Shown piece after piece: positions 1-8,464 of a stretch of DNA of 64,000 bases. A program made the translations under genes and the position numbers. Position 1 is the stretch's first letter. Each line of letters starts with the position of its first letter. Origin of the DNA: an uncultured Gammaproteobacteria bacterium (GTDB lineage Bacteria; Patescibacteriota; Microgenomatia; Levybacterales; GWA1-39-11); the NCBI GenBank assembly GCA_964409875.1, contig CAYPEN010000004.1, forward strand, positions 11,596 to 75,595. The letters are read 5' to 3'. The notes below the pieces were generated by a model. The model was not told the origin of the DNA. It saw nothing but the letters and a program-made list of their open reading frames with translations, and did no database searches.

Positions 1-2
1 AA

Positions 3-872
3 ACTCCAACGCAAGTAGAGCATGAGGTTGAAACCCAACCGGTAACGGAAGTTCTAGAGCAAGTAAAAACAGAGGGTATAACAAAACCATTAACGCAAGT
101 TGAAGTGGAAGTGGAAGTAGCAGTTGCGCAGGACGCTCTTGCTACTACACTTGCTCAACAAGAGAAGGTGTCGCTTGCAAAAGCGAGAGAGGCAATTACA
201 ACTGTTGTAGGGCAAGAACAAGCTTTAGAGCAACAGGGAGAGCCTAAATTCGAACAAAAACAGGAGCAGAAGAAAAAGAAAAAAACACTTGAGGAGAAGG
301 CAAGAGAAATGGTTCTTAAAAGAAAAAAGGAAAAGCAAGAATTCAGGAATGGTTCAGAAAAAGATGAAGAGGGCATCCTTTATTTTGATAAGGATAACGA
401 GGTGAATACCTATAGGGAAATGGTAGCAATAGCAGCTGCTGAGCGGTTGATTGTCATGGGGCATGAAGTGACAGGGGCAGCATTGGCAGAAGCCGTTGCA
501 AATCAAATAGAAGAGGGGAAAGGAAGTGAAATAGTTGACGGTATCCAAGATGATGAGTCTGGTATAGCAGTCGTTGAGTCTATTGCCAAAATGGGAAAAA
601 TGGAAAATAGCTGGACCCTGAGGAGAATACTTCGTCAAATAACAGATAGATATACCGCAGTAAAACTTGCATCCAAAAGCCATGATGGTGCCGGAAAGCA
701 GAATGCTGAAAATGTCTACGGCAGAGATCTTGATGGCGTCGGGGCCCGTTTTGAGGAACAAAATTCAACGGGTCAAATGAGGGAGCTTGAAAATGGACAA
801 ATTGTTTATATTACGCAAAAGCCTCCCGAACCTCTTCCTGTTGCGCCGGGTGAAATGTCACAGAGTTATTAA
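3..872 (+). CDS. Hypothetical Glu/Gln/Lys-rich protein, 5' partial
   Basis: Frame is open from the window edge to TAA at 872; charged, coiled-coil-like composition; no recognisable family. Confidence 0.7.
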   Translation, partial: TPTQVEHEVETQPVTEVLEQVKTEGITKPLTQVEVEVEVAVAQDALATTLAQQEKVSLAKAREAITTVVGQEQALEQQGEPKFEQKQEQKKKKKTLEEKAREMVLKRKKEKQEFRNGSEKDEEGILYFDKDNEVNTYREMVAIAAAERLIVMGHEVTGAALAEAVANQIEEGKGSEIVDGIQDDESGIAVVESIAKMGKMENSWTLRRILRQITDRYTAVKLASKSHDGAGKQNAENVYGRDLDGVGARFEEQNSTGQMRELENGQIVYITQKPPEPLPVAPGEMSQSY

Positions 873-931
873 AATAATTGCCTCACACTTTTTTGTTTGA
901 AGCAGAATTTCGTGCTACAATATGAGGCATT

Positions 932-2791
932 ATGACAGCCCATCAAATACTTGAAAAATATATTGCCTTTTTTGAAAAAAGGGGACACGTACGAATTGAA
1001 AACTCATCGCTGGTTCCACTTAATGACCCAACCACTTTGTTTACCTCCTCGGGAATGCAACCTTTAGTGCCATTTCTTTTAGGAGAGACGCATCCTCAGG
1101 GGGTAAGGCTTGTAAACGCACAGAATTGTTTTCGTGCGCAGGATATTGATGAAATTGGGGATAACAGACACACTACATTTTTTAGGATGCTTGGTAATTG
1201 GTCACTTGGAGATTACTTCAAGAAGGAGCAAATCCCTTGGTTTTTTGAATTTTTGACGGATGAATTAGGTTTGAACCCGGAAAGATTGTATGTCACAGTT
1301 TTTTCCGGATATGGAAATATCGATAAAGACACGGAAAGCATTGCTATTTGGAAAGAACTGTTCGAAAAGAAAGGAATTAATCCTGAAGGAAGAATTCTTG
1401 AGTATGGAGTTGAAAAGAACTGGTGGTCGCGATCCGGCACACCGGATAAAATGCCCGAGGGCGAACCTGGAGGTCCAGATAGCGAAGTTTTTTACGATTT
1501 CGGCGCGGATATGAATCTTCATGAGAAAAGCTCATTCAAAGAGCTGGATTGTCATGTGAATTGTGATTGCGGAAGGTACCTTGAAATTGGAAATTCAGTG
1601 TTCATGCAATATATAAAGAGCGAAAATGGGTTTGAGAAATTGCCCAAGCAGAATGTTGACTTTGGTGGAGGGTTGGAGCGTTTGGTAGCAGTTACAGAGA
1701 GCAAGCAGGATGTTTTCGAGTCAAGCTTATTTCAACCGATAATTGAGACGGTCACTAACACTACGGCAAAATCGTACAAGGAAAATGCACAGCAGATGCG
1801 TATAATTTGTGATCACTTTACAGCTGCGGTATTTATTTGTTCAAGCGGTGTAAAGCCGTCAAACAAAGAACAAGGATATATCCTAAGGCGGCTCATCAGG
1901 CGGGGATTGGACAACTTTTATCTTCTCAATGGAGATACGATAGTGCCTATTATTGAAAAAATCGTTGACCAATATTCTGAAACAGACCCTGTTTTAAAAG
2001 AAAATTTTGAAGAAATAAAAGACACAGTACTTGAAGAGGAACAGACCTACCAAAAAGCACTTACCGGAGGAAAAAAGTTGATAGAGAAAGAAATTGCCCG
2101 TATGAAAGACGAAGTAAAGGTAGGAGACGAATTGATGGGTGTAACCCAAATTTCAGCTGATGTTGCTTTTAAAGCAATTACATCATTCGGACTTGGTCCA
2201 ACCCAGCTGAAAAGTCTTGGATACGCATTTGATGACAAAGAACTGGCTGAAAAAATCAAAGAACATCAGGAGTTGTCCCGAAAAGGAGCAGAACAAAAAT
2301 TTGCAGGTGGGCTTGCCGACCATAATGAGCTTACTGTAAAAGGGCATACAGCCACTCACTTGATGCACCAGGCTTTAAGAGATGTTTTGGGAAATTCGGT
2401 GCATCAGACCGGAAGTAATATCACATCTGAACGCGTAAGATTCGATTTTACGTTCGAAAGAAAATTGACAGATGAAGAGATGCAAAAAGTAAAGTCCATA
2501 GTGTTGGAAAAAATTAAGGAAGATTTGCCGGTCCATTTTGAAATAATGCCTCTTCAGAAGGCGCGAGATTTGGGAGCAATTGGGTTATTTAATGATAAAT
2601 ACGCAGAAGACGTGAAGATATATTTTGTTGGAGGTTCTTCGACAAGCTCAGGACGACGGAATAATGCATATTCCGTCGAGTTTTGTGGTGGTCCACACGT
2701 TGAACATACGGGTATTATCAAGAGTTTTGATATACTAAAAGAAGAAGGGGTTGCCCGTGGAGTCCGTCGAATTTACGCGAAGGTGACATAA
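932..2791 (+). CDS. alaS: Alanine--tRNA ligase, short form without C-Ala domain
   Basis: DPTTLFTSSGMQPL, HTTFFRMLGNWS, NVDFGGGLERL, editing motifs HTATHL and EFCGGPHV; ends right after the editing domain. Confidence 0.96.
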   Translation: MTAHQILEKYIAFFEKRGHVRIENSSLVPLNDPTTLFTSSGMQPLVPFLLGETHPQGVRLVNAQNCFRAQDIDEIGDNRHTTFFRMLGNWSLGDYFKKEQIPWFFEFLTDELGLNPERLYVTVFSGYGNIDKDTESIAIWKELFEKKGINPEGRILEYGVEKNWWSRSGTPDKMPEGEPGGPDSEVFYDFGADMNLHEKSSFKELDCHVNCDCGRYLEIGNSVFMQYIKSENGFEKLPKQNVDFGGGLERLVAVTESKQDVFESSLFQPIIETVTNTTAKSYKENAQQMRIICDHFTAAVFICSSGVKPSNKEQGYILRRLIRRGLDNFYLLNGDTIVPIIEKIVDQYSETDPVLKENFEEIKDTVLEEEQTYQKALTGGKKLIEKEIARMKDEVKVGDELMGVTQISADVAFKAITSFGLGPTQLKSLGYAFDDKELAEKIKEHQELSRKGAEQKFAGGLADHNELTVKGHTATHLMHQALRDVLGNSVHQTGSNITSERVRFDFTFERKLTDEEMQKVKSIVLEKIKEDLPVHFEIMPLQKARDLGAIGLFNDKYAEDVKIYFVGGSSTSSGRRNNAYSVEFCGGPHVEHTGIIKSFDILKEEGVARGVRRIYAKVT

Positions 2792-2810
2792 ACGGGGAAC
2801 ACGTACAATT

Positions 2811-5063
2811 ATGCGTCTTCCTGCCATACCATTTCTTACAAAAACAGTAACAAGCGAATTCTTTCTTTCTTTAATTTTTGAAAGCGATAAGGTATCTTCT
2901 ATCCTTTTTAAGGAGCAGGAGAAAACACTTATTATTTTGGCATCCCACCAAGTTCCTATTGACCTTGAGGATGCAGCAGTTGAAGATTTGGTTGTTGCAA
3001 GCGACAAGGTGATATCAAAATTAGAGCTTAGTCTTCCTGAAAATGCAACACTTGAGAAGACGATATTTGCGGTTCCCTATTCATGGGTTGAAGAAGGAAA
3101 AATAAAAACAGAGAGACTTACGCAGCTTAAGAAAATCAGTATTGAGCTCGCGTTAACCCCCATGGGTTTCATCGTTTCAATTGAGGCAATTATTGCCTTT
3201 TTGCAGAAAAAAGAAGGCGCACCAATAAGTGGCATTTTTGTTGAAGTTTCTGAGAGGTACATTACCGTTTTTGTAGTGAGAGGCGGAAATATTATCGATA
3301 TCAAACATGGCGTTGTTGAGAACAGTGTGGAGACGACGGTCGAAAAGCTTTTAGGACATGTAACGAGTCTGGATGTTCTTCCCTCGAAGATTGTCCTTAT
3401 ACATACGAAAGAGTCGGAAAGCATTCAACAGAAATTCTTATCGCATCACTGGACAAAAGATCTCCCTTTCATGCATCTTCCACAGGTGGCAATTCTTGAA
3501 AAAGGCTTTGAGAATGAGGCAATTGTGAGCGGTGTTGCCTCACAACTTAATGTGACGTTGCGGGGGGATGTTGCCGTTTCAACGAATGAGGAGATTGGGG
3601 AAGACGAGGAGGAAGTGAGCACCAGTAGCGACCTTTTTGGTTTTGTGAAGGATGCAGATATTGCCGAAGCAAAGAATGAAGAGCCGATACATGTCACTCC
3701 CCCAAAGAAAGATGAATTTGATTTCAAAGAAGAAGTTGCTGATAACCAAATTATCGTAAAACATCATGGAGTAGAGCAGTCAAATGGGGAAGACGAAGAA
3801 CTGTATGAAGAAGATGAACCTCACGCTAAAAAGGAAGTAGCCAGAAAAAAAATAGGCGGAGGAATTCTACCTTTTTTATCTGAATTTTTTACTCCCAATA
3901 CTTTTGCAAAAATTCCTCATTTTTTGGGAAGCGGAAGAAGGCTCGTTATTCCAATCATTGCCCTCATAGCTGTTTTGGGAGTTTTAGCTTTATATTACCT
4001 GGTCTATCTTAAGACAGACGTTATTGTATTTACGGATCAGAAGGCGTTTACGCAAGACTCTTTAGACATCACCCTTACAACTAGTGGTAATTCCTCTTTT
4101 TCGGATAAAACGTTAAAAATATCAACGTTAAATGAGGAGGTTCAAGGTGAAGAGTCGCAAGAGACAACCGGTCAAAAAGATACTGGACAGAAAGCGACTG
4201 GAAGCATCACTCTCTTCAATAAAACCGAAAGTCCCAAGCAACTGGATAAAGGAACAATAGTTACCTCCTCTAATAACCTTAATTTCACGCTTAACGATGC
4301 GGTATCTATTGCTTCTACAAGTTCTTTTTCGACCTCTTTTTCAAACGCACAAGTAAAAGTGACCGCTTCGAATTTCGGTAAAGAATACAATATTCCTTCG
4401 GCAACAAATTTCACTATCAAAGGCACACCAACATCAGACCTTTTCGGAAGGAATGACAGCGCATTTTCAGGGGGAACAAAAGAAGAAGTTCAGGTAGTCT
4501 CAAAGAAAGATTTACAGGGCCTTGAGGATACAGTTACAAAACGACTTTTTGAGAAAGCATCTTCCCAAGCGTCATCAAAACTATCAGCAGATGAGGCAAT
4601 GATTCCTTCATATTTAACCGCTGATTTCAAAGAAAAGAAATTTGATAAAAAAGCAGATGATGAAGCAAAGAATGTAAAGCTTTCTGCAACAGTGGAGTAT
4701 ACTTTAGGGGTTTATAAAAAAGAGGAATTATCCAAATTCATCTCAACGTCGAATAATTTCAATGTTCCCGCAGATTTCAGATTATCTGAGCCTGACTCTT
4801 CGATAAAAATTTCAGAAATTCAACAAAACAAGAATGATGTCAGCGCAAAACTTTCATTCAATGCTGTTTTTAGACCACAAATCGATTCAAACAAAATCCC
4901 TCAACTTATTTCCGGAAAGAGTGAAAAGGATGCTATTGCAAAGCTAAAAGGGATATCCGGCATATCTGATGTGTCAATCGTATTTCCTAACAAACTTCCT
5001 TATTTGCCTTCTTTGGTCTCTCTTAATAAAGGCAATATAAAAGTCGAACTTAAAACCCAATAA
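2811..5063 (+). CDS. Bitopic membrane protein: FtsA/actin-like N-terminal region, acidic linker, TM helix, baseplate-J-like C-terminal region
   Basis: TM LVIPIIALIAVLGVLALYYLVYL; ATGSITLFNK...VKVTASNFGKEYNI...FSGGT resembles baseplate J/gp47-like proteins of CPR and Chloroflexi (recalled, not searched). Confidence 0.6.
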   Translation: MRLPAIPFLTKTVTSEFFLSLIFESDKVSSILFKEQEKTLIILASHQVPIDLEDAAVEDLVVASDKVISKLELSLPENATLEKTIFAVPYSWVEEGKIKTERLTQLKKISIELALTPMGFIVSIEAIIAFLQKKEGAPISGIFVEVSERYITVFVVRGGNIIDIKHGVVENSVETTVEKLLGHVTSLDVLPSKIVLIHTKESESIQQKFLSHHWTKDLPFMHLPQVAILEKGFENEAIVSGVASQLNVTLRGDVAVSTNEEIGEDEEEVSTSSDLFGFVKDADIAEAKNEEPIHVTPPKKDEFDFKEEVADNQIIVKHHGVEQSNGEDEELYEEDEPHAKKEVARKKIGGGILPFLSEFFTPNTFAKIPHFLGSGRRLVIPIIALIAVLGVLALYYLVYLKTDVIVFTDQKAFTQDSLDITLTTSGNSSFSDKTLKISTLNEEVQGEESQETTGQKDTGQKATGSITLFNKTESPKQLDKGTIVTSSNNLNFTLNDAVSIASTSSFSTSFSNAQVKVTASNFGKEYNIPSATNFTIKGTPTSDLFGRNDSAFSGGTKEEVQVVSKKDLQGLEDTVTKRLFEKASSQASSKLSADEAMIPSYLTADFKEKKFDKKADDEAKNVKLSATVEYTLGVYKKEELSKFISTSNNFNVPADFRLSEPDSSIKISEIQQNKNDVSAKLSFNAVFRPQIDSNKIPQLISGKSEKDAIAKLKGISGISDVSIVFPNKLPYLPSLVSLNKGNIKVELKTQ

Positions 5064-5072
5064 CAATTTTCT

Positions 5073-5804
5073 ATGCATCGGTATTCATACGGAAAAAATG
5101 TCCGTTTTTTTAAGAAGCGGAAAAAAATAATCGGGATAATGAGCATTACGGTAGGTTTTATTACACTGTTGTACTTTTTTTTCCCGGTTCTTTCATATCA
5201 CCTTTATCTTTCATCGGCATTCGCAGGAAATGATATTCAAGCGCCGCTTCCTCAACGGTTTGTTTTGGGAGACAACTCATCGATGAAAGGGCTTTTCGCA
5301 TCGGGTCTTTCCAACATGACTGCAAATTTCGCAGATGCAAGGAATTGGTTTCCCAATGTAAGAAAGGACAAAAAAGCGCTTCAAAAAGTTTCAGAATATG
5401 ATCTGTCAATTCCGTCTCAGAACATCTCTCATATGAAAGTTTCAGCTGTTGATTTCGACCTTTCAAAACATATGGTCCAGTATTTTTCAACCTCAAAAAG
5501 TCCTATTGAGAACGGTACATCGGTAATATTCGGCCATTCAACATTGCCTCAATGGTTTGACCCGAAAAATTACATGGCGGTCTTTGCACACCTTCACTTG
5601 ATAAAAGATGGTGATGAGATTGTTTTGACTGTTGATGGTCAGGATTATCACTATAAAGTGTTCTCAAGGACCATTACCGACTCAAATGATCCCAATATTT
5701 TCTCTCAAGCATATGATAATAGCTACATTACTATCATAACCTGTACTCCTCCTGGTACTACATGGAAAAGACTAGTAGTGAGGGCAAGCTTGGTTGAGAG
5801 TTAG
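5073..5804 (+). CDS. Sortase (class D/E-like)
   Basis: N-terminal TM; catalytic His (IFGHS), Cys (IITCTPPG) and Arg (KRLVV). Confidence 0.9.
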   Translation: MHRYSYGKNVRFFKKRKKIIGIMSITVGFITLLYFFFPVLSYHLYLSSAFAGNDIQAPLPQRFVLGDNSSMKGLFASGLSNMTANFADARNWFPNVRKDKKALQKVSEYDLSIPSQNISHMKVSAVDFDLSKHMVQYFSTSKSPIENGTSVIFGHSTLPQWFDPKNYMAVFAHLHLIKDGDEIVLTVDGQDYHYKVFSRTITDSNDPNIFSQAYDNSYITIITCTPPGTTWKRLVVRASLVES

Positions 5805-5840
5805 TTTTGAAACTATTACATTTGATATATAGTTATAAGA

Positions 5841-6053
5841 ATGGATCCAAATCAACAAGGTTATTCACAATATAACGAGCAACAATTGCAAAAAGAACAT
5901 GCACTACAGGTATGGAAAGAGCGCATATACCGTTTTTTTTACAACATTTGGCCGGCACTGCAGCAAATACTAATGTTCATTTTTTACCATACGATGCGCA
6001 TAGTCCGAGGATTTTTCAGGACCGCACTTGAATCATTCAGGGGTGGAGGATGA
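5841..6053 (+). CDS. Small hypothetical protein, 70 aa
   Basis: TGaTATATAGT just upstream; ATGA overlap with the next gene suggests translational coupling. Confidence 0.65.
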   Translation: MDPNQQGYSQYNEQQLQKEHALQVWKERIYRFFYNIWPALQQILMFIFYHTMRIVRGFFRTALESFRGGG

Positions 6054-7327
6054 GTATGACAAATAACGAAGAAGCATTAAAAGCGATACAAAAGAAGTTG
6101 GTTGGGAAAACACTTTCCTATAAAGAGATTTATGCCATAATGGACGAAATTGCCCATGATAGGCTTGGTGACGTGCTTACTACCTATTTTGCCGCTTCAG
6201 GGTATTCAAAAGGATTTACTTATGATGAAATCTATTACCTCACAAAGGCTATGGTTGAGACGGGTGAACATTTGCATTTCAAAGGCATCGTTGCCGATAA
6301 ACATTCTATTGGTGGACTCCCTGGCACCCGTGCGACCATGATTGTAGTGCCGATAGTTGCCTCAGCTGGTTTTACTATACCCAAAAGTTCGTCGCGCGCC
6401 ATCACAACTCCGGCGGGGACAGCCGATTCGATGGAAACCATAGCAAAAGTGACATTTGATGAAAAAGAAATATACGAAATCGTTGAAAAAACAAACGCGT
6501 GTATTGTATGGGGGGGGAGTTTTAAGATAGCACCTGCAGATGATGAAATAATTCATGTTGAGGAGCCTTTAGCTCTTGAAAGCTATGACAAAATACTCGT
6601 GTCTGTTATGGCAAAAAAAGTAGCGTTTGGTTCAAATCATGTTGTTATTGACATACCCTATGGTACGACCATGAAAGTGCATCACAAGGAAGATGCGGAA
6701 AGTCTGGCCAGAAAATTCAAATATCTTGCAAAGAGGTTCAGTATCAAGCTCGAAGCAAACGTAAGTCATGCTTCGGAGCCAGCCGGGAACGGTATTGGGC
6801 CATTATTGGAAGCCCGGGATGCGTTGAAGGTTTTAGAGCAAAAGGAGGATAGGCCCATGCAGCTGGAGAAGAAATCGCTGGATTTGGCAGCACAACTTCT
6901 TGCTCTGTGCCTTGATGACGCAGAAGGTCAGATAAAGGAAGAAGCTTCAAAATATTCGGATACTTTCGCCTGGGCAAATGACATTTTAGTAACAGGCAGA
7001 GCACATAAAAAAATGATGGAAATAGTTGCAGCACAAAAGGGCGATCCGACCATATCATCTGACGAGCTCCATGCAGGACCTTTCACTAAAGCAGCCGAAT
7101 CAGACAAGAAAGGGATAGTGAAAGGCATTAAAAGTACCAATCTTACAATTATTGCAAAAGTTTTGGGAGCTCCCCAGGACCATAAAGCCGGACTATATTT
7201 ACACAAAAAAATAGGAGATGCGGTTGGGGTGCGTGATACATTGTTTGATATGTACAGTGAAACAGAACACAGACTTCACGAGGCTACTGATTCTCTTGAG
7301 ATGTTCCCGATTTATGAGATAGAGTAG
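6050..7327 (+). CDS. AMP phosphorylase / thymidine phosphorylase family protein
   Basis: DKHSIGGLPG, PKSSSRAITTPAGTAD, APADDEII, GNGIGPLLEARD match the AMP-phosphorylase branch of the DeoA family. Confidence 0.9.
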   Translation: MSMTNNEEALKAIQKKLVGKTLSYKEIYAIMDEIAHDRLGDVLTTYFAASGYSKGFTYDEIYYLTKAMVETGEHLHFKGIVADKHSIGGLPGTRATMIVVPIVASAGFTIPKSSSRAITTPAGTADSMETIAKVTFDEKEIYEIVEKTNACIVWGGSFKIAPADDEIIHVEEPLALESYDKILVSVMAKKVAFGSNHVVIDIPYGTTMKVHHKEDAESLARKFKYLAKRFSIKLEANVSHASEPAGNGIGPLLEARDALKVLEQKEDRPMQLEKKSLDLAAQLLALCLDDAEGQIKEEASKYSDTFAWANDILVTGRAHKKMMEIVAAQKGDPTISSDELHAGPFTKAAESDKKGIVKGIKSTNLTIIAKVLGAPQDHKAGLYLHKKIGDAVGVRDTLFDMYSETEHRLHEATDSLEMFPIYEIE

Positions 7328-7348
7328 GGATGAAATTCCTATGGTAAA

Positions 7349-8317
7349 ATGTTTGAAGTTTTTATGAGAAAAGGCTTTATCCTGCTTGTTATCATCGTTA
7401 TTCTGTTTTTTGGGTTTCTTGCATGGTGGAAAAATGGTATTTCAGCAGTCAACCCGAAGGATAAAAGCGAAAAGATGTTTGTTATTCCAAGAGGGACTGC
7501 AATAAGAACAGTAGGAAACGAATTGAAGGCAGAAGGTCTTATAAAGGACCCTGTTGTTTTCTTCATTTATATAAAACAGAACAATTTAGATAAAAACATA
7601 CAAGCAGGCTCCTACCGGTTGTCTCCTTCGATGGATCTTCCAAAAATTATGGATACATTGGGTCATGGAACAATTGATATTTGGGTCACCATTCCCGAAG
7701 GATATAGAGCAGAAGAAATTGCGGCTATTTTGAAGCAGAGTATTCCCACCTTTCAAGAAACATGGATTGAGAAATTGAAAAGTGAAGAGGGCTACCTTTT
7801 CCCCGATACGTATCTTATTCCTAAAGACGCAGATATTGGTAGCATTATTTCTATTTTCACCAATAATTTCTATACAAAAATCGGAACAGTTGGTTTGTCT
7901 AAAGACACACCAGGTCTTCAAAAAATTGTAACGGTAGCCTCCCTCATCGAGCGTGAAGCAAAATTTGCCGATGATAGACCAAATGTTGCTTCTGTTATCA
8001 ATAATAGGCTCGATATAGGAATGGCCCTTCAAATCGATGCAACGGTACAATATATATATGGATATAATCCTTCCTCAAAAAAGTGGTGGAATGAGCCGAC
8101 GGCTGCCCAGCTTAAAATTCCTTCTCTATATAACACATATATCCATCCGGGATTGCCTCCTGCGCCTATATGTAATCCTGGGCTTTCTGCAATTGGGGCC
8201 GCTGCCAATCCATCAAAGACAAATTATATATATTATGTAAATGATTCCAAGGGTAAGCTGCATTTTGCAGAAACACTGTCAGAACACAATAAAAATATCG
8301 ACAAATTCTTGAGGTGA
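7349..8317 (+). CDS. mltG: Endolytic transglycosylase MltG
   Basis: N-terminal TM; TIPEG, EGYLFPDTY, ASLIEREA, LQIDATV, YNTY..GLPPAPICNPG. Confidence 0.95.
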   Translation: MFEVFMRKGFILLVIIVILFFGFLAWWKNGISAVNPKDKSEKMFVIPRGTAIRTVGNELKAEGLIKDPVVFFIYIKQNNLDKNIQAGSYRLSPSMDLPKIMDTLGHGTIDIWVTIPEGYRAEEIAAILKQSIPTFQETWIEKLKSEEGYLFPDTYLIPKDADIGSIISIFTNNFYTKIGTVGLSKDTPGLQKIVTVASLIEREAKFADDRPNVASVINNRLDIGMALQIDATVQYIYGYNPSSKKWWNEPTAAQLKIPSLYNTYIHPGLPPAPICNPGLSAIGAAANPSKTNYIYYVNDSKGKLHFAETLSEHNKNIDKFLR

Positions 8318-8393
8318 ATTTGAACTCAAGTTATAAAGAGGGTCTTGACAAAGTTCTTATAATACTGTATATGTAAACAACATGTAAAAAAAA

Positions 8394-8424
8394 GATGGGT
8401 GTTGATACACTCATCGTTTTTTTT
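8394..8424 (+). terminator. Terminator-like hairpin between mltG and rpoB
   Basis: Stem GATGGGTGT/ACACTCATC, loop TGAT, followed by G plus T8 and preceded by A8. Confidence 0.6.
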
Positions 8425-8464
8425 CGTGTGATGAAGGTAAGCGTTTACTTCAAATCAATTCCAG

